Source of the DNA: Gammaproteobacteria bacterium
Lineage (GTDB): Bacteria > Pseudomonadota > Gammaproteobacteria > JAJDOJ01
Assembly (NCBI GenBank): GCA_027030565.1
Contig: JALVEU010000057.1
Span: 1-41,474 of the forward strand
Length of the DNA stretch: 41,474 nt
Reading direction: 5' to 3'
Made by a program: the position numbers and the translations under genes. The notes under the pieces are model-generated. The model searched no databases, was not told the DNA's origin, and was given only the letters and a program-made list of their open reading frames with translations. This document shows positions 18,389-26,342 of this stretch, in pieces (position 1 is the first letter of the stretch; each line of letters begins with the position of its first letter).

Positions 18389-20407
18389 TCACGCCAGCCC
18401 CAGTGCGCGTCCCCCCTGATAGACCAGAAGGCTCGCCAGCCACGCCGACGTCAGCCCCAGGGTCACGCTCAGCAGCGTGACCCGCCAGCTGCGTGACTCG
18501 GCACGGATGGCCGCCACCGTGGCCACGCACGGCGTGTACAGCAGCACGAAGACCATGAAGCTGAGCGCACCCAGGGGTGTCATGCCTGCGGCCAGCGCCT
18601 GGCCGAGCTCTGCAGTGCCATAGATGACCGCCAGGGCCCCGATGACGATCTCCTTGGCGATGAATCCGAACAGCAGGGCCAGGGTCTCCTGCCAGTGGAT
18701 GCCCAGGGGCGCGAACACCGGAGCCAGCAGGTGACCGAGCCGTCCGGCCCAGGTACCGGGGCCGGCAGGCGGCTCGCCCGGCGGCAGGTGGGTGAGCAGC
18801 CAGACGACGATCACGCCGGCCAGGATCAGCGTGGCGGCCCGGTACAGGAAGTCCTTGAGCTCCTGCCAGCTGCGCAACAGCACCGTCCCAGGTGTCGGCA
18901 GGCGATACGGGGGAATCTCCATGATGAAGGGCTCGGGACGGCCTGCCAGGCGCAGGGCGCGCAGCACCAGCCCGATGCCCACCACGGCTGCGAAGCTCGC
19001 CGCATACAGCCCCAGGATCACCCACGGCGCGGTACGCGCGTCGAAGAAGATCGCCGCCAGGAACACGAACACCTGCAGCCGCGCGCTGCACAGGGTGAAG
19101 GGGATGAGCAGCATGGTGACGATGCGGTTGTACGGGCTGGAGAGGATGCGCGTGCCCATCACCGCCGGCACGTTGCAGCCGAAGCCCAGCAACAGGTTGA
19201 TGAAGGCCTTGCCGTCCAGGCCCAGCCCGTGCATGAGCCGGTCCATCAGAAAGGCGGCACGCGCCATGTAGCCGCTGTCCTCGACGAGGGACATGAGGAC
19301 GAAGAAGAGCACGATGATGGGAAAGAACGACAACACCACGCCCACCCCCTGCCACAGCCCGTCGATCACGAAGCTCTGCAGCCACCCTGGCAGGGACTGG
19401 AAGAGGCCTTGGGCCTGGATCCAGGCGGCCCCGGCCTCGAAACCGCGGGCCAGCAGGTCCTGCAGCGGTGTGCCCAGGCCGTAGATGAGCTGGAACAATC
19501 CCGCCATGACGAGCAGGAAGGCGGGCAGCCCGAGCCAGCGGTGCAACAGGATGCGATCGATGGCCTCGGAGCGTGGATCCGGCCCCGGGGGATGTCGCCG
19601 GGTCACCTCAAGCGCCAGTCCGCGGGCCGCATTGAACCGGCACTGGGCGCAGGTGACCGCCAGCGGGGCGTGGGTGAGCGCCTCGATGCGCCGCCGCCAG
19701 TCGGCGGCACGCTGCGCGAGCTCCGGCGATTCCGGCCGGCGGGGATCCTCCAGCATGCGCATGGCGACGAACGCCGGATTGAGTCGCCGCACCACGCCGG
19801 ACCGCTCCAGGCGTCGCGTCAGGTCCCGTACCGCCTCCTCCAGCACCGGCGGGCAGGGCAGATGCGGGGGACGTGTGGTCTCGGGGTGCCGGATGACGCG
19901 GTACAGGGTCTCCAGCAGCTCCGGAATCCCCTCGCCGGTGCGTGCGGAAATGCCCACCACCGGCACGCCCAGGTGCTCGGCCAACGCCTCCAGGTCCAAC
20001 CTCAGTCCCTGGGCTCGGGCCTCGTCCATCATGTTGACCGCCACCACCATGGGCAGCCCGCTCATGGCCATCTGCAGGGTGAGCCCCAGACCCCGGTACA
20101 GGTTGCGGGCGTCGAGCAGGTTCAGCACCACGTCCGGCGGGTCCTCGAGGAAGTAACGTGCGACGATCCGTTCTTCCTGGGTCGCCGGACTCAGCGAATA
20201 GGCCCCGGGCAGGTCCACCAGCTCCACGTCGTACTCGCCCAGGGTGAAGCGTCCGGTCTTGCGCTCCACCGACACCCCAGGCCAGTTCCCCGTGCTCTGG
20301 TTCGAAGCGGTGAGCCGATTGAACAGCGTGGTCTTGCCCGTGTTGGGAATGGCGCTCAGCGCCACGGTCACCCGATCAGTGGGCATCGGCGGGCTCCACG
20401 AGGACAC
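18389..20407 (-). CDS. feoB: Ferrous iron transporter FeoB (G-domain plus permease)
   Basis: 672 aa. G1 motif is [15 protein letters not shown], followed by DLPG, NMMD and a polytopic C-terminal permease. The real start may be the ATG at 20386 ([10 protein letters not shown]). Confidence 0.9.
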   Translation of the reverse strand: MSSWSPPMPTDRVTVALSAIPNTGKTTLFNRLTASNQSTGNWPGVSVERKTGRFTLGEYDVELVDLPGAYSLSPATQEERIVARYFLEDPPDVVLNLLDARNLYRGLGLTLQMAMSGLPMVVAVNMMDEARAQGLRLDLEALAEHLGVPVVGISARTGEGIPELLETLYRVIRHPETTRPPHLPCPPVLEEAVRDLTRRLERSGVVRRLNPAFVAMRMLEDPRRPESPELAQRAADWRRRIEALTHAPLAVTCAQCRFNAARGLALEVTRRHPPGPDPRSEAIDRILLHRWLGLPAFLLVMAGLFQLIYGLGTPLQDLLARGFEAGAAWIQAQGLFQSLPGWLQSFVIDGLWQGVGVVLSFFPIIVLFFVLMSLVEDSGYMARAAFLMDRLMHGLGLDGKAFINLLLGFGCNVPAVMGTRILSSPYNRIVTMLLIPFTLCSARLQVFVFLAAIFFDARTAPWVILGLYAASFAAVVGIGLVLRALRLAGRPEPFIMEIPPYRLPTPGTVLLRSWQELKDFLYRAATLILAGVIVVWLLTHLPPGEPPAGPGTWAGRLGHLLAPVFAPLGIHWQETLALLFGFIAKEIVIGALAVIYGTAELGQALAAGMTPLGALSFMVFVLLYTPCVATVAAIRAESRSWRVTLLSVTLGLTSAWLASLLVYQGGRALGLA

Positions 20408-20867
20408 GCCGCGCCTCGCCCCGGCCCAGCGTCAGCGGGTCGCCACCCGCCAGGACCATCCGTGGTGCAGACGAAGCGCCGTCGAGCAGCCGCAGCACGG
20501 TGCCCGGCTGCAGGCCGCGGGCCCCCATGCGGATCCGCAGGGCCCGGCCGCCGGCGAAGCCGCGCACCCGCAGCGGGCGATCGCCGAACAGACGGGCATG
20601 GGACAGCGGCAGCACCAGCGGCTCGCAGTCCAGGGCCGCCAGCTCGCCGGACCGCAATGCCAGTCGCTGGCCGGGGTCCACCGCCAGCTCCACGGTCCCG
20701 CCGAGGGGCGCCACCCGGGTGACTTCGAGCGCCATACCCGGCAGGATCCCCATGCGTGAGAGCCGCTCGGCCAAGGCCGCGTCCCGGCCCAAGCCGCGGA
20801 TGCGGCACCGGCAGCCCGGCACGGGCGGACAGGACAGACGCACCCGATCGCCCCGCTGCCGCCTCAC
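20376..20867 (-). CDS. feoA: FeoA-family protein made of two tandem FeoA (SH3-like) domains
   Basis: Repeat 1: CRCRIRGLGRDAALAERLSRMGILPGMALEVTRVAPLGGTVELAVDPGQRLALRSGELAAL. Repeat 2: LRVRGFAGGRALRIRMGARGLQPGTVLRLLD....[21 protein letters not shown]. The start is uncertain: GTG at 20867 or 20843. The track start at 21023 looks too far upstream. Confidence 0.6.
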   Translation of the reverse strand: MRRQRGDRVRLSCPPVPGCRCRIRGLGRDAALAERLSRMGILPGMALEVTRVAPLGGTVELAVDPGQRLALRSGELAALDCEPLVLPLSHARLFGDRPLRVRGFAGGRALRIRMGARGLQPGTVLRLLDGASSAPRMVLAGGDPLTLGRGEARRVLVEPADAH

Positions 20868-21026
20868 GGCGTGTGCACCGAAGGCAGCAGGACGATGCGA
20901 CCGGCAAGCGAACGGGACGACATGGACGCAGCGCGGGTTCGGGTGATCGGGGCGCCCAGTGTACCCAAAACCTCGTCGTCGGGCGCAGCGGCGCCCTCTT
21001 CGAGGCCGAGTTGACCGAGCCATATC

Positions 21027-21040
21027 AGTGCATATACACT
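21027..21040. promoter_or_regulatory. Near-palindrome AGTGCAT-ATACACT just upstream of marR (operator candidate)
   Basis: 14-bp inverted repeat with one mismatched pair, 7 bp before ATG 21047. It shares the core GTG(C/T)AT-(A/C)TACAC with the site at 21536-21549. Confidence 0.35.
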
Positions 21041-21046
21041 CATCCC

Positions 21047-21514
21047 ATGACTGAGATCGAGACCTCTTGTGATCCGCAGCAGTGTCGGGAGATCGGCGAG
21101 CGTTGTGCCGTCCTGAACCTCCGCAAGGCCGCCCGGCTCATGACGCGCCTCTACGAGGAGACCATGAAACCCGCCGGCCTGCTGCCCACGCAATTCAGCC
21201 TGATGGTGGCGATCCGGGCCATGGATCCGGTGCGCATGTCACAGCTTGCTGCGGTGCTGGCCATGGATCGGACCACCCTCACCCGCAACCTGCGCCCCTT
21301 GGAGCGTCAGGGCCTGGTGACCACCGGTCCGGCGGCCGAAGACCGGCGCACACGCGAGGTGCGCCTGACACCCGAAGGCCAGGCGCGTCTGGCGCTCGCC
21401 CTGCCCTTGTGGCGACAAGCCCAGACGCGGGTCGCCGAGCGACTGGGCGAGGCACGCCTCTCGCGCCTGCTGGCTGACCTCCAGGCCGTGGCGACCACCT
21501 TCCTGCCCGAGTGA
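21047..21514 (+). CDS. MarR-family transcriptional regulator
   Basis: 155 aa from ATG 21047. It has a winged-HTH pattern: LLPTQFSLMVAIRAMDPVRMSQLAAVLAMDRTTLTRNLRPLERQGLV...DRRTREVRLTPEG. Confidence 0.85.
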   Translation: MTEIETSCDPQQCREIGERCAVLNLRKAARLMTRLYEETMKPAGLLPTQFSLMVAIRAMDPVRMSQLAAVLAMDRTTLTRNLRPLERQGLVTTGPAAEDRRTREVRLTPEGQARLALALPLWRQAQTRVAERLGEARLSRLLADLQAVATTFLPE

Positions 21515-21535
21515 GCATGCCTTTTTCTGCAAATA

Positions 21536-21549
21536 CGTGTATCTACACG
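21536..21549. promoter_or_regulatory. Perfect inverted repeat CGTGTA-TC-TACACG between marR and the downstream membrane-protein gene (second operator candidate)
   Basis: Perfect 6-2-6 palindrome 22 bp after the marR stop and about 70 bp before ATG 21621. Its core resembles the site at 21027-21040. Confidence 0.35.
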
Positions 21550-21620
21550 ATCCTGGGGAGGCCACCGATGCGCCAACGGCACGGTCCCCCGAGTGTGCCT
21601 TCCCTTGCCGGAGAACGCCC

Positions 21621-22340
21621 ATGCACGAGACGCCATACGCCTATATCTTGGTTGTGATCGAACTCCTGTTCACGTCCATGCTCCTGGCGGCGCTGCGCCG
21701 CGCCGGGGCCCGGCGCCGGACGCTCGTCCTGAGCGGTGGGGTGCTCGTTCTGTGGCTGACCGCGGCCTACGGGCTGCTGGCCACCGGCTCGCTCGCGGCC
21801 ACGGGCATGCCGCGCACCGCCTTCACCCTGGCTGTCGCCCTGCCCACCGTGGGGGGTCTCCTGGCCGTGTTCCTGTGGCGCCCGTTGCGCAGTGCGGTAA
21901 GCGCCATGCCGACCCGCAGCTTCCTGCGCCTGCAGCGCATGCGCGCGGTCTTCGGGTCCCTGTTTTTCTTCACCGCGGCACTGCCGGCATGGTTCCAATA
22001 CGTGGGCGGCCTGGGGGATGTCGCCGCAGGCACGGCCGCCCTGCTCGCGCTGGCCTATCTCCGCGCACATCCCGACCGGGAAAGGCGCGCCGTGCTGGTC
22101 GGCAATCTTCCCGGAGTCCTGGATTTCGTCGTGGTGATGACCCTCGGCGTGTTCGTCGTGTTGCGGGATCACGCACCCGATTTTGCGTTCAACCTGATCC
22201 CGCTCTACGTGGTCCCCTTGTTCATCCTGCTGCATGTCTTCTCGTTGCGGCGGCTGGGCCACTTGCACGAACTGGCCGCGCCGCAGAGCGGCACACGAAC
22301 CCCACACCCCCTCGCCACGGAGGTCCCGCCCCATGTCTGA
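21621..22340 (+). CDS. Hypothetical polytopic membrane protein
   Basis: ATG 21621 follows GGAGAA. There are about 6 hydrophobic helices (YILVVIELLFTSMLLAAL, VLVLWLTAAYGLL, and others). It is translationally coupled to the next gene by an ATGTCTGA overlap. Confidence 0.6.
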   Translation: MHETPYAYILVVIELLFTSMLLAALRRAGARRRTLVLSGGVLVLWLTAAYGLLATGSLAATGMPRTAFTLAVALPTVGGLLAVFLWRPLRSAVSAMPTRSFLRLQRMRAVFGSLFFFTAALPAWFQYVGGLGDVAAGTAALLALAYLRAHPDRERRAVLVGNLPGVLDFVVVMTLGVFVVLRDHAPDFAFNLIPLYVVPLFILLHVFSLRRLGHLHELAAPQSGTRTPHPLATEVPPHV

Positions 22341-22854
22341 GTCCCAGGTGGGCCCCGACACTCCGCCGCCCAATGCACCCCGGAATCGGGCGGCCGAAGC
22401 CGACCATGCACACGTGCACGTGCCGCCGCCCATGGTCCACGGCCTGAGCATCTTGCTGGGTATGGGCGCGGCCGGCCTGCTCCCCCTGCGGCTACCGCCG
22501 TCGGGCTGGCTCACCGCCACCGGTGCACTCCTCCTGGCGGTCGCCGGAATCCTGGCAGGCTGGGGCTTCCGCGAGTTCCAGCGCAGCCGCAACCCCGTAC
22601 CGCCGAACCGGCCCGTCCGCGCGCTCATGACCCGCGGACCGTTCCGCTTCTCCCGCAACCCGCTGTACCTGGCCTTGGCCCTGCTCCACGGGGGCATGGG
22701 CCTGGTCCTCGCCAACGGCTGGGTGCTCTTGAGCCTGATCCCGGCCCTGTTGATCGTCCGCTACTACGTGATCCCCCGCGAGGAAGCCTATCTGAGGCGG
22801 CGCTTCGGGGTGACCTACGCCGCTTATGCGGCGCGGGTGCGCCGCTGGCTCTAG
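22333..22854 (+). CDS. Isoprenylcysteine carboxyl methyltransferase (ICMT)/phospholipid methyltransferase-family membrane protein
   Basis: The C-terminal signature is GPFRFSRNPLYLALALLHGG...VIPREEAYLRRRFGVTYAAYAARVRRW, which is the RNPxY...EE..L...FG..Y..Y pattern. Confidence 0.75.
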   Translation: MSESQVGPDTPPPNAPRNRAAEADHAHVHVPPPMVHGLSILLGMGAAGLLPLRLPPSGWLTATGALLLAVAGILAGWGFREFQRSRNPVPPNRPVRALMTRGPFRFSRNPLYLALALLHGGMGLVLANGWVLLSLIPALLIVRYYVIPREEAYLRRRFGVTYAAYAARVRRWL

Positions 22855-22875
22855 GCACGGGGCGCGCGCCCGCGA

Positions 22876-23385
22876 TCAGGCCAATACCGGTTGATCGGCC
22901 AGCGAGATGCGGATGTCGGCGTCCCGGTGATGACTCCGGATCAGTTCCACCACCGCCTCCACCTGGTCCTTGGGCACGTCCACGATGAGCAGCAGCCAAC
23001 CGGAGAGAATGGCCGATTCGTAGCGGCGCAGCCGGCGGTTGGGCATGTCCTTGGCGATCAGCGCGCAGACGAAGGTGCAGAACAGGGCGCCCGCGGCGGT
23101 CGTGGCCCAGAGGATCCATTCGCCCGGCTGTACGCCGCCGGGCGGGTGGGCATAGGCGAGCCACCCACCGAGAAAGCCCCCTGCGCCGCCCACCACCAGA
23201 CCGCCCAGCACCCCCGCCAGGAGGTCCGTCTTCTGGGCCAGTGTGGCGGGATCGACGTCGCGAATGGAGAGCCCCTCGCCGCCCACCAAGTGGATGTGGC
23301 GGCGGGGTATGCCGAACGCCTCCAGCTCGTGGACGATGGTCTGGGTGGTATCCGGGTCCGGGACCAGGAAATACAGACGACGCAT
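22876..23385 (-). CDS. Hypothetical membrane protein with a glycine-zipper TM region
   Basis: ATG 23385 follows GGAGG. The sequence is MRRLYFLVPD...LLAGVLGGLVVGGAGGFLGGWLAY...WATTAAGALFCTFVCALIA, with soluble alpha/beta-looking termini. Confidence 0.55.
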   Translation of the reverse strand: MRRLYFLVPDPDTTQTIVHELEAFGIPRRHIHLVGGEGLSIRDVDPATLAQKTDLLAGVLGGLVVGGAGGFLGGWLAYAHPPGGVQPGEWILWATTAAGALFCTFVCALIAKDMPNRRLRRYESAILSGWLLLIVDVPKDQVEAVVELIRSHHRDADIRISLADQPVLA

Positions 23386-23536
23386 CGGCTCGACCTCCAC
23401 GATATGCGCATGCAGTCCTGCGATGCGACGAATGCCACCCCAGGCTTCCGGCCAGGGAGCGTGGCCATGCATTATTGTACCCCCTCCATCGGCAACGGGC
23501 ATTGGGGATATACCGGGCCCGCTGCCATACCGCCCG

Positions 23537-23738
23537 CCCCGTGGGCCGCATCGGCGCAGCCCATGAGGCAACTTCCATGCCGGGCCCGCCCGATGCGCTA
23601 CGCTTATCGGGCCTACAGCCTTGTGGACGCGGCTTCTCCGGCATCAACGGCCCAGCCCCGTAGGCCGCATAAGCGCAGCGCATGCGGCACCTTCCATACC
23701 GGGCCCGCCCGATACGCTGCGCTCATCGGGCCCACGGC
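23537..23738. repeat. Two approximately 119-bp-spaced BIME-like units, each a pair of inverted REP-like palindromes
   Basis: Unit 1 (23537-23620) and unit 2 (23656-23738) align almost base for base. The left arms are GTGGGCCGCATCGGCGCAGCCCATGAGGC and GTAGGCCGCATAAGCGCAGCGCATGCGGC. The right arms are GCCCGATGCGCTACGCTTATCGGGCCTAC and GCCCGATACGCTGCGCTCATCGGGCCCAC. The right arms are close to the reverse complement of the left arms and resemble the enterobacterial REP consensus (GCCxGATGCG...CTTATCxGGCCTAC). Confidence 0.7.
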
Positions 23739-23827
23739 TTTGCCCGATCCACCCCGCTGCCCCCTTCAGATCCCGGGGGCCCGAGAGTATCCTGTGCATA
23801 CCCCAGGCCCACCGCTGCGGAGGCCGC

Positions 23828-25120
23828 TTGCCCCACCGTTCAGCAGCCCGTTCGCGGGCCGTACCGGCTCCCACGGACGCCGCCGACAGCGATCTCCTCG
23901 CCCGCTACCGGACCGTGCGGACCTGCACCGAGACCCTCTGTGCGCCGCTGGCCATCGAGGATCATTGCATCCAGACCATGCCGGACGTGAGTCCGCCCAA
24001 GTGGCATCTGGCGCACACCACCTGGTTCTTCGAGCAGTTCGTGCTGGTGCCGTATCAGGCGGGGTATTCGATCTTCGATCCGGCCTTCGACCATCTCTTC
24101 AATTCCTACTACCAGACCCATGGCCTGCCCTTCCCGCGCCCACAGCGCGGCCTGCTGGCGCGTCCGACGGTGGAGACGATCCTGCGCTATCGGGCCCATG
24201 TGGACGCGGCCATGGAGGCGCTGCTGAGTGACGCCGCGCTGCCTGGAGACGCGGCGTTCCGCACGGTGCTCGGCTGCCACCACGAGCAGCAGCACCAGGA
24301 GCTCCTGCTCACCGACATCAAGCACATCTTCGCCTTCAACCCGCTGCGCCCCGCCTATGTGGAGGGGGCCCCACCGGCAACCACGCGGGTCCCGGAGCTG
24401 AGCTGGGTGCCCTTCCGGGGCGGGATCGGTGAGATCGGGCACGCGGGCGGCGGCTTCGCCTACGACAACGAGACGCCGCGCCACCGGGTGCTCGTGGGCG
24501 ACTACGCCCTGGCGCAGCGCCCCGTGACCAACGGCGAGTACCTGGCGTTCATGGAGGACGGCGGCTACGCGCGGCCCGAGCTCTGGCTCTCCGACGGCTG
24601 GGCGACGATCCAGCGCGAGGGCTGGCAGGCGCCGCTGTACTGGGAACGGCAGGGTGAGGCCTGGTACGCCATGACGCTCGCGGGCCTGCACCCGGTGGAC
24701 CCCGATGCGGCGGTGTGCCACGTGAGCTTCTACGAGGCCGACGCCTATGCCCGCTGGGCCGGCGCGCGGCTGCCCACCGAGGCGGAGTGGGAGCTCGCCG
24801 CCGTGCGCCAGCAGGTGGCCGGCCGGCTCGCCGAGGACCACGCGGTGGCACCGGGAGGCAGCGACGACCAGGCGCCGCTGGCCCAGCTCTACGGCGACGT
24901 CTGGGAGTGGACGGCGAGTCCCTACGTCCCCTACCCCGGCTTTCGACCCCTGGCCGGGACCCTGGGCGAGTACAATGGCAAGTTCATGAACAGCCAGATG
25001 GTGCTGCGTGGCGGGTCCATCGCCACCCCAGCCGATCACATCCGGCCCACCTATCGCAACTTCTTCTATCCGGGAGACCGCTGGCAGTTCTCCGGGATCC
25101 GCCTGGCGAAGGACCTGTGA
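23828..25120 (+). CDS. egtB: Ergothioneine biosynthesis sulfoxide synthase EgtB (DinB-like plus FGE-sulfatase fold)
   Basis: LLARYRTVRTCTETLCAPL...PPKWHLAHTTWFFEQF...HHEQQHQELLLTD is the DinB_2 part. YAL...PVTNGEYLAFMEDGGY...AYARWAGARLPTEAEWE...GDVWEWTASPY...RGGS is the FGE part. The start is proposed at the in-frame TTG 23828, 4 nt after GGAGG, giving about 430 aa. The track ORF start at 23621 lies inside the REP block. Confidence 0.85.
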   Translation: MPHRSAARSRAVPAPTDAADSDLLARYRTVRTCTETLCAPLAIEDHCIQTMPDVSPPKWHLAHTTWFFEQFVLVPYQAGYSIFDPAFDHLFNSYYQTHGLPFPRPQRGLLARPTVETILRYRAHVDAAMEALLSDAALPGDAAFRTVLGCHHEQQHQELLLTDIKHIFAFNPLRPAYVEGAPPATTRVPELSWVPFRGGIGEIGHAGGGFAYDNETPRHRVLVGDYALAQRPVTNGEYLAFMEDGGYARPELWLSDGWATIQREGWQAPLYWERQGEAWYAMTLAGLHPVDPDAAVCHVSFYEADAYARWAGARLPTEAEWELAAVRQQVAGRLAEDHAVAPGGSDDQAPLAQLYGDVWEWTASPYVPYPGFRPLAGTLGEYNGKFMNSQMVLRGGSIATPADHIRPTYRNFFYPGDRWQFSGIRLAKDL

Positions 25121-26088
25121 GCCGGCCCGCCGTCCGCTTCTACGACGAGCACCCGGACCTCGCAGACCTGCGCGAGGAGGTGATCCGGGGGCTCTCCCAG
25201 CGACCGAAGTCGATTCCCCCCAAGTTCTTCTACGACGCCCGGGGATCGACCCTGTTCGACGCCATCTGCGATCAGCCCGAGTACTACCCCACCCGCACGG
25301 AGATGGCGATCCTGGCGCGGCACGCCGCCGAGATCGCCGCGGCCATCGGCCCCGAGGCCTGGCTCGTGGAGCTCGGCTGCGGCGCCAGCCGCAAGATCCG
25401 GCTGCTCCTGGAGGCCCTGCGGCCCCACGCCTGGGTGGGCGTGGACATCTCCCGCGACTTCCTGCGCGGCGCGGCCCAGACCCTGGCTTGCGAATATCCC
25501 TGGCTCGAGGTGCACGCCGTGTGCACCGATTTCTCGGAGCACCTGCACCTACCTCTGGTGGAGGCGGGCGGGCGGCGACGCGTGGCGTTCTTTCCCGGCT
25601 CCAGCATCGGCAACTTCGATCCGCCGCAGGCCGAACGCTTCCTGCGTGGCGTGGCCGAGGCCCTGGGCCGGGGCGGCGCACTGCTGATCGGCGTGGACCT
25701 GCAGAAGGATCCAGCCGTGCTGGACGCCGCCTACAACGATGCGGCCGGCGTCACGGCCGACTTCAACCGCAACCTGCTGGTGCGCATCCGCGACGAGCTG
25801 GGCGCCGACGTGGATCCCGAGGCCTTCGCCCACCGCGCCTTCTACGACGCCTGGCGCGGACGCGTCGAGATGCACCTGGTCAGCCTGCGCGCCCAGACCG
25901 TGCGACTGGATGGGCATCGGTTCCCGTTCCAGGCCGGAGAAACACTGCACACCGAAAATTCCTACAAATACACCCTGGACGGCTTCGAGCACCTGGCCCG
26001 ACGTGCCGGTTATCGCAGCCAACGCGTGTGGACCGACGAACGCGGCTGGTTCAGCGTGCACCTGCTCCAAGTCGTAGGCGGCCAATAA
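25117..26088 (+). CDS. egtD: L-histidine N-alpha-methyltransferase EgtD
   Basis: The GTG start overlaps the egtB stop (GTGA). IPPKFFYDARGSTLFDAICDQPEYYPTRTE, ELGCGASRKIRLLL, FFPGSSIGNF, YNDAAGVTADFNRNLL and HTENSYKY are EgtD signatures. Confidence 0.88.
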   Translation: MSRPAVRFYDEHPDLADLREEVIRGLSQRPKSIPPKFFYDARGSTLFDAICDQPEYYPTRTEMAILARHAAEIAAAIGPEAWLVELGCGASRKIRLLLEALRPHAWVGVDISRDFLRGAAQTLACEYPWLEVHAVCTDFSEHLHLPLVEAGGRRRVAFFPGSSIGNFDPPQAERFLRGVAEALGRGGALLIGVDLQKDPAVLDAAYNDAAGVTADFNRNLLVRIRDELGADVDPEAFAHRAFYDAWRGRVEMHLVSLRAQTVRLDGHRFPFQAGETLHTENSYKYTLDGFEHLARRAGYRSQRVWTDERGWFSVHLLQVVGGQ

Positions 26089-26129
26089 GAGCACATCCGA
26101 ACCACCCCGCTCGTCAAAACGAGCTGCGG

Positions 26130-26342
26130 GGCGGCGGTGTGCGAGAAGCGCGGCTCCACGGTCATCAGGCGCATGCCACAGGCCTTGGCGTCGGTGATGG
26201 CATGGTCCAACGAGCGCGCCCATTGCCCGGCCTCGAAGGGGTTGGCGCCCAGGGTGACGAGCAGCCGGGTGTGGTCCAGATCGGGCATGAAGGCGTACCC
26301 GCCCGAGGTGAGCTCGTCGGCCACGTGGCGGGCCGCCCGCAT
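26130..26342 (-). pseudogene. About 70-codon internal fragment of a molybdopterin (Mo/W-bisPGD) oxidoreductase catalytic subunit
   Basis: YAFMPDLDHTRLLVTLGANPFEAGQWARSLDHAITDAKACGMRLMTVEPRFSHTAA matches the conserved xxxGxNPxxxxP....I..AK..G.KLIVVDPRxTxTA block. Similarity stops after TAA, and the reading frame then runs into egtD. There is no N-terminal Fe-S or Tat part. The apparent ATG abuts the upstream stop (TGAATG). Confidence 0.4.

Noticed and set aside
17937-19385. 482-aa minus-strand ORF
   Set aside because: Most of it is a different frame laid over feoB. Only the last 89 codons, which have their own strong RBS, signal peptide and Cys-rich core, are real (the RiPP precursor).
17048-22340. 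The identical ATGTCTGA start/stop overlap at two gene junctions (17048-17055 and 22333-22340) as a special signal
   Set aside because: An 8-nt ATG-N2-TGA overlap is a common form of translational coupling, and two occurrences in 41 kb can easily be coincidence. I record it only as support for the chosen starts.
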